From Flavobacteriales bacterium UBA3364 (GTDB lineage Bacteria > Bacteroidota > Bacteroidia > Flavobacteriales_F > PHOS-HE28), in contig DEQO01000066.1 in assembly GCA_002360495.1 (NCBI GenBank), positions 10,563-74,562 of the forward strand: a DNA stretch of 64,000 nt. The letters are read 5' to 3'. Of the stretch, positions 52,279 to 61,061 are shown in pieces. Below the pieces are notes generated by a model, which had not been told where the DNA came from, ran no database searches, and was given only the letters and a program-made list of their open reading frames with translations. Made by a program: the position numbers and the translations under genes. How positions within the stretch are numbered: the first letter of the stretch is position 1; each line of letters begins with the position of its first letter.

Positions 52279-52659
52279 ATGAACATCCCGGCCGAACTGC
52301 GCTACACGAAGGACCATGAATGGGTCCGCATCGAAGGCAATACCGCCACCATCGGCATCACCGATTTCGCGCAGGGCGAATTGGGTGACATCGTCTTCAT
52401 CGACATCGGCAGCGAAGGCCAGGAACTGGCACATGAGGCGGTGTTCGGTACCGTGGAAGCGGTGAAGACCGTGAGCGATCTGTTCATGCCCGTGAGCGGA
52501 ACGGTCAGCACGGTGAACCCTGGCCTGGCCGATGATCCCGCCTCGGTGAACACCGATCCCTACGGCAAAGGCTGGATGGTGAAAGTGCGCATGAGCAACC
52601 CTGCCGAAGTGGATGCCCTGCTCACCGCCGACCAGTACAAGGCGCTCGTCGGGGCCTGA
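52279..52659 (+). CDS. gcvH: glycine cleavage system protein H
   Basis: ATG 52279 within ORF 52231..52659. [11 protein letters not shown] start and lipoyl-lysine motif VEAVKTVSD. Confidence 0.95.
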   Translation: MNIPAELRYTKDHEWVRIEGNTATIGITDFAQGELGDIVFIDIGSEGQELAHEAVFGTVEAVKTVSDLFMPVSGTVSTVNPGLADDPASVNTDPYGKGWMVKVRMSNPAEVDALLTADQYKALVGA

Positions 52660-53063
52660 TGTCCATTTTACAACGGTCCATGCGGCCGGCGCTCGCTTGG
52701 GCGTTGTTGATCGCATTCCTGTGTCTTACGCCCGGCAAGGCCTTGCCCCAATGGCAATGGGCCGATCTGTTGCGTGTGGACAAACTGGTGCATATGGGGA
52801 TGTTCGCCGTGCTCACCGTGTTGCTGGCGCGGGGCTTGCGGGACCGGTCGGCGAACACGCGGCCCCTGCCGAGGCTCTTGTTGATGGCTGGTGCCCTCTC
52901 GGTGGCGTATGGTGCCAGCATGGAAGTGCTGCAGGAGATCCCCGGTTTGAACCGGCGAGGTGATATCATCGACCTCATTGCCAACACGGTCGGTGCGGTG
53001 GCCGGTGCGTATTGGCTTCGCTGGAGATTGAAGCGGAACGCCGCTGCGACCACGGTTGCATAG
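52659..53063 (+). CDS. VanZ-family membrane protein
   Basis: 134 aa with four hydrophobic segments and the DKLVHMGMFAVL motif. The start overlaps the gcvH stop by 1 nt. Confidence 0.7.
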   Translation: MSILQRSMRPALAWALLIAFLCLTPGKALPQWQWADLLRVDKLVHMGMFAVLTVLLARGLRDRSANTRPLPRLLLMAGALSVAYGASMEVLQEIPGLNRRGDIIDLIANTVGAVAGAYWLRWRLKRNAAATTVA

Positions 53064-53168
53064 CCCCGGTCCAAGGGCCCGTCAGCGGCTTTGCCCTTGC
53101 GGATCAGAAGACGCTCGCTTCAATACCTTTACGGATCACCGTCGTTTTGGAGCGATGGGGAACACCGC

Positions 53169-54101
53169 ATGGCTACCAAGACATTGACCGTCCGCCGTAC
53201 GGCGGGCATGCCCGACCCGCGCACCACGCCGACCATCGACCAGGTCGGCATCGAAGAGCGCGTGGCCCGCATCAAAACGCGCAGCATCAAGAAGGAGACC
53301 AAGGTGCAGGGCATGAAGCTCGCGCTGAGCATGATCGATCTCACGACGCTTGAAGGTGCCGATACACCGAGCAAGGTGAGGCAGCTTTGCTACAAGGCCA
53401 TGCATCCGCATGATGCACTGCCGGGGCTTCCGAATTGCGCCGCCATCTGCGTTTATCCTTCACTGGTGAAAGTGGCGAAGAAGGCGCTCGGCGATAGCGG
53501 TGTGAAAGTGGCCAGTGTTTCAACGGCCTTTCCGAGTGGACAAGCGCCGCGCAACGTGAAGATCACGGACACCAGGTTCGCCGTGAACGAAGGCGCCGAC
53601 GAGATCGACATGGTGATCAGTCGTGGTCACTTCCACAGCGGCGACTACAACTTCGTTTACGACGAGATCGCCGCCATCAAGGAAGCGTGCGGCGATGCAC
53701 GGTTGAAAGTGATCCTCGAGACAGGCGAGCTCGGCACCTACGACAAGGTGCGTCTCGCCAGTGACATCGCCATTGCAGCCGGCGCCGACTTCATCAAGAC
53801 CAGCACGGGCAAGATCAATCCGGCGGCAACCATGGAAGTGACGCTCGTGATGTTGCACGCCATCCGCGACCACTACCTGAAGACCGGGCAGATGATCGCG
53901 ATGAAGCCCGCCGGTGGCATCCGCAAAAGCAAGGAGGCGCTGCACTACCTGATGATGGTGAAAGAGGAGCTCGGCCCCGAATGGCTGAGCAACCACTGGT
54001 TCCGTTTCGGCGCGAGCAGTCTGGCCAACGACATCCTGATGCAATTGCAGAAGGAAGCCGACGGGCACTACCAGAGCGCGGACTATTTCAGCCTCGACTG
54101 A
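53169..54101 (+). CDS. deoC: deoxyribose-phosphate aldolase (long form)
   Basis: ATG 53169 within ORF 53091..54101. Motifs IDLTTLEGADT, EIDMVISRG, DFIKTSTGK (Schiff-base Lys) and MKPAGGIR. Confidence 0.9.
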   Translation: MATKTLTVRRTAGMPDPRTTPTIDQVGIEERVARIKTRSIKKETKVQGMKLALSMIDLTTLEGADTPSKVRQLCYKAMHPHDALPGLPNCAAICVYPSLVKVAKKALGDSGVKVASVSTAFPSGQAPRNVKITDTRFAVNEGADEIDMVISRGHFHSGDYNFVYDEIAAIKEACGDARLKVILETGELGTYDKVRLASDIAIAAGADFIKTSTGKINPAATMEVTLVMLHAIRDHYLKTGQMIAMKPAGGIRKSKEALHYLMMVKEELGPEWLSNHWFRFGASSLANDILMQLQKEADGHYQSADYFSLD

Positions 54102-54423
54102 GCTTGATCGGCGCAACCCTTCTCATCGAGCGCCTCATCGAAACGACGCTGTATCGAATTTGCTGCTTCATCCCATTGCATTCGATCTACTGGCAGACTT
54201 GGGCTTGAGCTCCCAGCCGTCCATCAAGATCATCACCCTGCCCACCCAAGGCACCGCTTCGCTGGTCGCGGTGATGGATCAACACGGGACTAGGAACATG
54301 ATGGTCACCTGCTTTGGAGGGTGCCATTGAGATGCGGTGTGCACAACTTGCGTGAAGAAATACGGTGTTCACCGTACACGTGCATATATCGGATCTCCGC
54401 ATCTTCGCACAAGCACAAGCAAC

Positions 54424-55881
54424 ATGAACCACATTACCCGCAGTCTTTTTCTTATCGGCACCACTCTGGCGATCTCCATCACTGGTGCGCAGACCCCCAC
54501 TCATCAGCACGTTCAGCACAACACCGTGGGCAGTTCGCAGAGCGAGGTGAACGGCGTGGCGCACGACAGCCAGGGCAACATGATCGTGTGCGGTGGCCGA
54601 ATGGATGCCCTCGACTTCGGCGGCACGGCCCATGAGGCGGGCACGGGTGGGATCTTCGTTGCGAAGTTCGGTCCGGGCGGCTCCGAGATCTGGAGCAAGA
54701 TCGCCGGTTCGGCTGAGACCATGGGCAACCACAAAGCCATGTCCGTTGCTGTGGACGGCAGTGACAACGTCTATGTGGCCGGCTGGCTCTTCGTGGCCCA
54801 GGCAGCCACCTTCGATGGTACCACATTGCCTGCAGGCAGTCTGGGATTCGTAGCCAAGTATTCAGCATCCGGCACCCTGACCTGGGTGAAGGAGTTCTCT
54901 GCGAACGTGAACGCTATAGCGGTGGACGGCAACGGAGTTCCTTTCATCAACCTGGGCGATCAAACGATCCTGAAATTGGACCCGGCGAATGGCAGCGAAA
55001 CGGCCAGCGGCGCGGGCGGCGGCGACCTGATGAACGTGCTCTACCACAACATCGTGGTGGACGGTTCGAACAATATCATCGCCCAATGGGGCAACAAGAT
55101 CCGGAAGTACGACAACGCACTGAACGAGATCTGGAGCACGCCGTTGGTCAAGGCCTTCGGCGCCGAGTCATTCCGCATCAGTGTGGACAACAACGGCCTG
55201 GTCTGGGCATCGTTCTATGCGGTGTTCGGAACTGTGACCTTGGCGGGCACTGACTACACCACGTTCCCCAACGGTTACATCTATCACCTGGATGGTGCTG
55301 ATGGAGGCGTGATGGGCTGCGTGGTGCTCACGCCCGGCGGCACCGCCAGCAAGCCCCAGGAAGTGATCAACGACGGCAGTTCCAACCTCTACGTGAGCGG
55401 CACGTTCGCCTTCAATGCGCCCTATATCGTGAAGGTGGATCCGTCGTTCACGACGATCTGGAGCGTGCCGACCTTCAACGTGGAGGATATGGACGTGCAA
55501 GGCCTCGATTGCCTGCTTATCGGTGGGAGTCACGCAGCCGACATCACTCTTGATGGCACGACCTACACGCGGCCGAACGGCTCGGGCCAGGACAATGCGA
55601 TGGCAGCGTACCTGTGCGCTGGAGGTGTTGGCATGGATGAGCAGGGTGCGGTGGATGTGACCGTATTTCCGAATCCAACAGATGGTCTCATCGCCCTTCA
55701 GATCCCCGCGCAAGCGATCGGATCCAACTATCAGGTGGTTGACCTTACTGGATCCGAAGCATTGACCGGGCGGGTAACGGGTCGGTCGATGGACCTCGAC
55801 CTGTCATCGTTGGCGGGTGGCTGCTATGTGCTTAAGATCGTGGGGGCAGGCATTGCACCGGTCCGGGTGGTGAAGCAGTAG
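54424..55881 (+). CDS. SBBP/beta-propeller-repeat T9SS cargo protein
   Basis: ATG 54424 within ORF 54337..55881. Signal peptide, repeated ..VAVDGSDNVYVAG.. / ..IAVDGNGVPFIN.. units, and CTD VTVFPNPTDGLIALQI...GCYVLKIVGAGIAPVRVVKQ. Confidence 0.75.
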   Translation: MNHITRSLFLIGTTLAISITGAQTPTHQHVQHNTVGSSQSEVNGVAHDSQGNMIVCGGRMDALDFGGTAHEAGTGGIFVAKFGPGGSEIWSKIAGSAETMGNHKAMSVAVDGSDNVYVAGWLFVAQAATFDGTTLPAGSLGFVAKYSASGTLTWVKEFSANVNAIAVDGNGVPFINLGDQTILKLDPANGSETASGAGGGDLMNVLYHNIVVDGSNNIIAQWGNKIRKYDNALNEIWSTPLVKAFGAESFRISVDNNGLVWASFYAVFGTVTLAGTDYTTFPNGYIYHLDGADGGVMGCVVLTPGGTASKPQEVINDGSSNLYVSGTFAFNAPYIVKVDPSFTTIWSVPTFNVEDMDVQGLDCLLIGGSHAADITLDGTTYTRPNGSGQDNAMAAYLCAGGVGMDEQGAVDVTVFPNPTDGLIALQIPAQAIGSNYQVVDLTGSEALTGRVTGRSMDLDLSSLAGGCYVLKIVGAGIAPVRVVKQ

Positions 55882-55966
55882 GCGGCCAGGCGTGATCTTG
55901 GATCAATGCGCCCCCCGATCACCACATGATGTGCACCAACGCATCCAATAGGCCGAGGCGATCTGC

Positions 55967-56068
55967 TTCCGCTTCGGCGCCAGCAGCCTTGCCAACGACA
56001 TCCTGATGCAGTTGCAGAAGGAAGCCGACGGCCACTACCAGAGCGCGGACTATTTCAGCCTCGACTGA
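55967..56068 (+). pseudogene. orphan second copy of the last 33 codons plus stop of deoC
   Basis: 102 nt aligning base-for-base with 54000-54101 (6 mismatches). It encodes the identical FRFGASSLANDILMQLQKEADGHYQSADYFSLD* but has a stop codon 6 codons upstream and no deoC body. Confidence 0.85.
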
Positions 56069-56078
56069 CGCATCGATC

Positions 56079-56570
56079 ATGACCGACCTCCGACCCCTTT
56101 TCGTGAAGATGGCCCTGGACGCATGGGGCAGGGAAGTGAGCGCCACGAGCACCCTGCTCGGGAAGCTGTCCGATGACCAGGTGATGAAGGAGGTGTCACC
56201 GGGCAGGAACCGCGGCATCTACCTCCTCGGCCACCTCACCGCCGAGCACGACCAGATGCTTGCATTGCTGCGCTTCCAGGAGGTGATGCATCCGGAGCTC
56301 AAGCCGGTGTTCATCGACGCACCTGACCGCGCGGTCGCCGCGCTGCCTTCCATGCACCAGCTCCGCGAGCAGTGGACGACGGTGAACGACACGTTATTGG
56401 ATCACGCGAAGCGCCTGCCACCGGAGGAATGGTTCACGCGCCATGCGAACATCTCTGCAGATGACTTTCCGAAGGAGCCGCACCGCAACCGGCTGAACGT
56501 TCTGCTGAGCCGCACGAACCACCTGGCCTACCACCGCGGGCAGCTGGTATTGCTGGCGGAGAAGGGATAG
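56079..56570 (+). CDS. DinB-superfamily protein
   Basis: 163 aa, four-helix-bundle-like, with His positions typical of DinB/YfiT (LLGHLTAEHD ... NHLAYHRGQL). Confidence 0.8.
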   Translation: MTDLRPLFVKMALDAWGREVSATSTLLGKLSDDQVMKEVSPGRNRGIYLLGHLTAEHDQMLALLRFQEVMHPELKPVFIDAPDRAVAALPSMHQLREQWTTVNDTLLDHAKRLPPEEWFTRHANISADDFPKEPHRNRLNVLLSRTNHLAYHRGQLVLLAEKG

Positions 56571-56596
56571 GCCGGGAGACACCCGATCTTCGCCGG

Positions 56597-57277
56597 ATGG
56601 ATCACTCGCATTCCCCGAAGTTCGTCGCCTACCGGCCGGCACGCGTGGACGCTGCCGAGATGCGTGACCGTGCGAAGCGATTCCACGAGTTGCTCGCCGG
56701 CCGCCGGAGTGTCCGGCATTTCAGTGAAGAGCCCGTTCCGATCGAGGTCATCGAACACCTGGTCCGAACGGCCGGCACGGCGCCAAGCGGTGCGCACAAG
56801 CAGCCCTGGACCTTTTGCGTGGTAACGGACCCTGCGTTGAAGCACGCCATCCGCAAAGCCGCGGAAGAGGAGGAGCGTGCGAGCTACGAAGGTCGCATGC
56901 CGCCTGAATGGCTGGAGGATCTGGCACCACTCGGCACGGACTGGCACAAGGAGTTCCTGGACATCGCCCCGTGCCTGATCGTGGTGTTCAAGCGCGCCTA
57001 TGAAGTGATGCCCGATGGTTCGAAGCGCAAGAACTACTATGTGGAGGAGAGCGTTGGCATAGCCAGTGGTTTCCTCCTTGCGGCCGCCCGGAACGCGGGA
57101 CTCGTCACGCTCACGCACACGCCCAGCCCCATGAATTTCCTGGCCCGAATCCTGCAACGGCCGGAGAACGAGCGGGCCTTTCTGTTGATCCCGGTCGGTT
57201 ACCCCGCGGCTGATTGCGAGGTGCCGGACCTGCAGCGCAAGGCCCTTGATCAGGTCATGGTGCGGTACGGAAGCTGA
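56597..57277 (+). CDS. iodotyrosine-deiodinase-like flavin nitroreductase
   Basis: RRSVRHFS FMN-binding start. The block EEEERASYEGRMPPEWLEDLAPLGTDWHKEFLDIAPCLIVVFK and the end LLIPVGYPAADCEVPDLQRKALDQVMV closely follow the IYD-subfamily pattern as I recall it. Confidence 0.8.
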   Translation: MDHSHSPKFVAYRPARVDAAEMRDRAKRFHELLAGRRSVRHFSEEPVPIEVIEHLVRTAGTAPSGAHKQPWTFCVVTDPALKHAIRKAAEEEERASYEGRMPPEWLEDLAPLGTDWHKEFLDIAPCLIVVFKRAYEVMPDGSKRKNYYVEESVGIASGFLLAAARNAGLVTLTHTPSPMNFLARILQRPENERAFLLIPVGYPAADCEVPDLQRKALDQVMVRYGS

Positions 57278-57352
57278 ACCCGTACCGCCTGTTGCCCGGC
57301 CCTCTGCCTTCGCACATCGCGTCATCGCCATTCTGGCTTCGGCGTGTGATAG

Positions 57353-57764
57353 ATGACAACCAAGAAGAAGCGGCCCTCGATCGGACCCTCGCACCCGCCT
57401 CGGGTCCAAGGACCATGTCCGCACCTCACCGCTTTTTACCAGCTCTATCGATCGCAAGCGGGTGAAGCCGAGTTCCGGTAAGTACTTCGGTACGATCAAC
57501 CCCGCAAACGAGCATGAGCTCGCGTGCATCGCCAACGCGAATGAAGCCGATGTGGGTGCCGCATCCGTGATGGCGCTTGGATCGGGGTGCGATCCGGACA
57601 GGCGTGCCTCATCCAAGGACTCAGCGGCTAGCTGGTATTGCGTGGGCACACGGTTGCAGGCCAAGGACCTACCAGGACGCATCGTGTTGTTCACACTCCA
57701 ACCCGTTCTCCGATGTGTATGCGAGGGGCCATCGCTCCGCACCCTGAAACACACCTTCAAATGA
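57353..57764 (+). pseudogene. aldehyde dehydrogenase 5' remnant, copy A (multiple frameshifts)
   Basis: ATG ACA ACC AAG AAG AAG..., then across frames ALDRTLAPASGSKDHVRTSPLFTSSIDRKRVKPSSGKYFGTINPANEHELACIANANEADV. This is the ALDH N-terminal signature, and no catalytic domain follows. Confidence 0.75.
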
Positions 57765-58975
57765 GAACATATTCCGCTTTCAGCGCACTTATCCTGGCAT
57801 CCGGCCTTGCCGCCCAATGGAGCCAGATGAACACCGGTCTCGCCACGCTCGATCACGGCGCTGCCATACATGGCGCAACGCCGAACTACATCTTCGCCAG
57901 GGCTTACAACGTGCTGTACCGGAGTGATGACCATGGTGGAACATGGACCTCGGTGCCCAGCCCGAGCACGTGGGGGCCTTCGGATGTGGGCTACTATTAC
58001 AATGATCGTTATGTGGTGGGAACGAGCGCGATCGGGACCTGCCTCCACTACTCGGACAACGAAGGCAATTCCTGGTCACCCGCCACCGGGGGGCCAACGG
58101 CAACAGCGGTGCGGGGTTTCTTCGAGTATGGTGAGGCGTTGTACGCTTACACGGACCAGCAGGGCATCTATCGCACCCTGGACGGTGCAGCGTGGACCGC
58201 GGTGAACAGTGGCCTTACTTCCCTGGACGTGGTGGGCATGGCGGCGGTGGGGCCATACTTCGTAGCAGCGACGAATGGTGGTGGTGTGTTCCGCACCATC
58301 AACGCAAGTTCCTGGACGCAGGCGACCGGCATTGGCAGTGCTGACCTGGATGGTGAACATGTCTGGCAGATGGGCGGCAACGTGCACTATTCCGCACAAG
58401 GGGGTGTAACGTACCGTAGCACCGACATCGGCCTGACGTTCACCGAATGGACGGCGCCGGCGTTCTTCGGCGTCGGGCTGGAGGAAGTGAAGCGCTTCGG
58501 CAGCAACAACCTGTACATGGAAACGCGTCATTTCGCAGGTGGTGAACGGGACAGCCTTTATCGTTCCACGAACAACGGTGGGGCCTGGACCAACATCACC
58601 GGTAACCTCGATGCCGCCGACCTTCGCGGGAGCGGCATCTTCGAGTACGATGGCTATGTGTTCATCGCGTACACCATGGGTTCCCTAGAGGGGATCTACC
58701 GCTATACGCTTTCCACAGGGATCGCCGATGCGGAACGCCTCGAGGCGGTGACGGTCTTTCCGAATCCCACCAGCGACAACGTCATGATCAAGCTGCCTTT
58801 CGTGCATGGTGCGGAGCGTTACACACTTCATGATGCGTTGGGTGCGCAGATCAGTGCTGGCACTGTTACATCGACCGCGATGCAGCTCGACCTCTCCGGT
58901 GTAGGACCCGGTTGCTACCTGCTGCGTTGGGACGATGCACTGCTCGCTCCGGTGCGCCTGGTGAAACAGCGCTGA
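57761..58975 (+). CDS. BNR/sortilin-like beta-propeller T9SS cargo protein (paralogue 1)
   Basis: ATG 57761 within ORF 57638..58975. Signal peptide, repeated S.D.G.(T/S)W motifs (RSDDHGGTWTSV, SDNEGNSWSPA, STNNGGAWTNI) and CTD VTVFPNPTSDNVMIKL...LLRWDDALLAPVRLVKQR. Confidence 0.8.
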   Translation: MRTYSAFSALILASGLAAQWSQMNTGLATLDHGAAIHGATPNYIFARAYNVLYRSDDHGGTWTSVPSPSTWGPSDVGYYYNDRYVVGTSAIGTCLHYSDNEGNSWSPATGGPTATAVRGFFEYGEALYAYTDQQGIYRTLDGAAWTAVNSGLTSLDVVGMAAVGPYFVAATNGGGVFRTINASSWTQATGIGSADLDGEHVWQMGGNVHYSAQGGVTYRSTDIGLTFTEWTAPAFFGVGLEEVKRFGSNNLYMETRHFAGGERDSLYRSTNNGGAWTNITGNLDAADLRGSGIFEYDGYVFIAYTMGSLEGIYRYTLSTGIADAERLEAVTVFPNPTSDNVMIKLPFVHGAERYTLHDALGAQISAGTVTSTAMQLDLSGVGPGCYLLRWDDALLAPVRLVKQR

Positions 58976-58995
58976 GCACGAAGGCCAGGACCAGG

Positions 58996-59032
58996 AATGA
59001 CAACGGCGGGGTGGGCCCCCGCCGTTGTCATT
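58996..59032. terminator. bidirectional terminator hairpin between convergent genes
   Basis: Perfect 16-bp stem AATGACAACGGCGGGG-TGGGC-CCCCGCCGTTGTCATT. Confidence 0.6.
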
Positions 59033-59045
59033 GGTAAGTGTTCGT

Positions 59046-59612
59046 TCACTTCTTCGCTTGATCCCCGGCACCGCCCATCATGCCCAACTGCTCCATCATC
59101 TTCATCTCCTCCATGTAGCCCCAGTGCTCCACGATCTTCCCGTTCTCGAACCGGAGGATGTCCACGCAGTTCACGTCGACGGACGCATTGGTGGCCGGCA
59201 TGCCTTCGCCCATCGCGCCGGTGTTCTTTCCCTTCCAACGGTAATGCAGGATCACACGGTCGCCTTCAGCGGTCAAATGCAGGTCCTCCGCTTTGTTCTC
59301 GGAAAAGGCCGCGCTGGACATGGCGATCATGTCTTTCAGTTTCTGCACGCCGGTGCTGGTAACGCCCGGCATGGACATATGGGTCGTGAAGCTCTCGGCC
59401 ACGACCGCGTCAAGGCCATCGGTCTTTCCGGTCCACCAGGCGTCGAGGAAGCCTTGGGCGGCCTGCTTCATTTGATCCGCGGTGGCCTTGTTGGCGCTGT
59501 CGGCTGTGAGCATGGCCTGGTGGTCGGCCATCATCTTGTCATGCTCCGGATGGGAGCCGCCGCAAGCGACGAGCATCGCCAGCGGGAAAGCGAGGAAAAG
59601 GTGTTTGGTCAT
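59046..59612 (-). CDS. SnoaL-like (ester cyclase family) lipoprotein
   Basis: ORF 59046..59678; start moved to ATG 59612 (MTKHLFLAFPLAMLVACGG lipobox). C-terminal DVNCVDILRFENGKIVEHWGYM is typical of the SnoaL-like fold. Confidence 0.65.
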   Translation of the reverse strand: MTKHLFLAFPLAMLVACGGSHPEHDKMMADHQAMLTADSANKATADQMKQAAQGFLDAWWTGKTDGLDAVVAESFTTHMSMPGVTSTGVQKLKDMIAMSSAAFSENKAEDLHLTAEGDRVILHYRWKGKNTGAMGEGMPATNASVDVNCVDILRFENGKIVEHWGYMEEMKMMEQLGMMGGAGDQAKK

Positions 59613-59726
59613 GGGGTTGGGGATCGGTGAAAGTGGCTCGAAGATATTGGTCCGGCCGATGCTATTGGGCGACCGCACCAGCGAGCGGCACGCCGACTTC
59701 GGTTAAATTTCCCGAAAGCCCTCGCC

Positions 59727-60179
59727 ATGCCTGCCGGTCCCTACCATTGGTTCCTCAACACCCTCGTGCGCGTACATGTCTCGTGCGATGAGGGCGCCGA
59801 CCACGTCTCCTACATCGAGCACCATGTGCGCAAGGGGGAGTCACCGCCGCTGCACATCCACGAGCGGGAGGACGAGATCTTCCACCTGATCGCGGGCGAA
59901 TTCACTTTCCGGCAAGGCGATACCGACGTGAGGAAAGGACCGGGCGATGTGATCTTCATTCCCAAGGGCACGCCGCACACCTTCTGCTGCGATTCAGCGA
60001 CCGGGCACTTCTTCAGCATCACCACCGGGCGCGACTTCGAGCTTTTCCTTCGCGCCATGTGGCGGCCGGCCGAGCGTGCTGAGTTGCCCACTCCTGTCGC
60101 GCCATCGCCTGCGAACATTGAAGCGTTGGGCAGGGCAGCAGCGGAGCATCACATGCCGGTGGTTGGGCCGCCGCTGTAA
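59727..60179 (+). CDS. cupin domain protein
   Basis: Cupin motifs PPLHIHEREDEIFHLIAGE and GDVIFIPKGTPHTF. Confidence 0.75.
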   Translation: MPAGPYHWFLNTLVRVHVSCDEGADHVSYIEHHVRKGESPPLHIHEREDEIFHLIAGEFTFRQGDTDVRKGPGDVIFIPKGTPHTFCCDSATGHFFSITTGRDFELFLRAMWRPAERAELPTPVAPSPANIEALGRAAAEHHMPVVGPPL

Positions 60180-60208
60180 GTCTCTTCACCTCCCGCTATC
60201 TTGGACCC

Positions 60209-60286
60209 ATGGCCAAAAAGAACGCGATCGATTGGGCCTTGGACTCTGCACCGGAATCGAAGGACCACATCCGCAACAACGGATGA
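60209..60286 (+). pseudogene. aldehyde dehydrogenase 5' remnant, copy B (25 codons)
   Basis: MAKKNAIDWALDSAPESKDHIRNNG* aligns with copy D's MAKKQTLDWTLAPAPESTDYVKINA. It shares the upstream GCTATCTT.GAC.C context, and its TGA overlaps the next ATG. Confidence 0.6.
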
Positions 60287-60779
60287 TATGGCCATTCAGC
60301 TTTGCCACTCAGCAAACCATCATCTGGATCGGCTTCTACCTGGCGTTCGCTTCATGGACTGTGCTGGCTATCCTTCTCTTGAGGCACCTCATCAAGAAGA
60401 CTGGCCCCGCTTCAAGATCACCCTGCTCTACGCGTTGAACAGCCTCAGCTTACTGTTCGCTTACGGAATGATCCTAGCGCTGGCGTTGATCGTTGTTACG
60501 CCTATTGAGGATACACGGGAACACTCCATCGACATCATATGGAACGAGGCCAACCGCTACTTCGCTGACCATTTGCAGTTCGCGGTCATCGCCCTTCTTT
60601 GCTATGTGGTGCTTGACCTGGCGTACATGAAGTACCTCGTGCGTCGATGTGTGACCCGCCATACGCTCATCCTGTTCGTTGCAAATGCAGTGGTGCTCTT
60701 TTCGGCGGTGTACCTATCAGTCGGTTCCTACTACACGGGCATGCTCCAAGAGATAGACCGGTACTTCCTTGGGCGGTGA
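60283..60779 (+). pseudogene. small polytopic membrane protein, apparently frameshifted in a C4 run near 60405-60408
   Basis: The frame of ATG 60283 gives MIWPFSFATQQTIIWIGFYLAFASWTVLAILLLRHLIKKTGP (TM-like), then stops at 60438. The adjacent frame continues RFKITLLYALNSLSLLFAYGMILALALIVV... (TM-like) to 60779. Confidence 0.45.
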
Positions 60780-60812
60780 TGACAAGACCCGTCCCTTCTA
60801 CCTTCGCTCACG

Positions 60813-61048
60813 ATGGCAACCAAGAAGTAAGCCCTCGACCGACAACTCACCCCTGCCCCCGGGTCCCAGGCCTTGTTCACATCTCACCACATCACAGGCT
60901 CTTCATCAACGGCAAGTAGGTGGAGCCCAAGAGCAGGAAGTACTTCGGCACGATCGACCTGGTCAATGACAGGATGATGGTGTGCGCGAACACGTCCTCA
61001 CGCCCGCGGTCCGGTGAACGAGCTCTCCACAATGCTTATCATCGCTGA
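60813..61048 (+). pseudogene. aldehyde dehydrogenase 5' remnant, copy C (two nonsense codons and a frameshift)
   Basis: MATKK*ALDRQLTPAPGS..., then a frameshift, then LFINGK*VEPKSRKYFGTIDLVNDRMMVCANTSS. There is a TAA at codon 6 and a TAG where Trp of LFINGKW is expected. Confidence 0.75.
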
Positions 61049-61061
61049 AATTCCGATCCGC

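Noticed and set aside
56528-58048. 506-aa minus-strand ORF spanning the nitroreductase gene, ALDH remnant A and the start of the propeller gene
   Set aside because: It runs antisense to three independently supported plus-strand elements and has no domain-like sequence.
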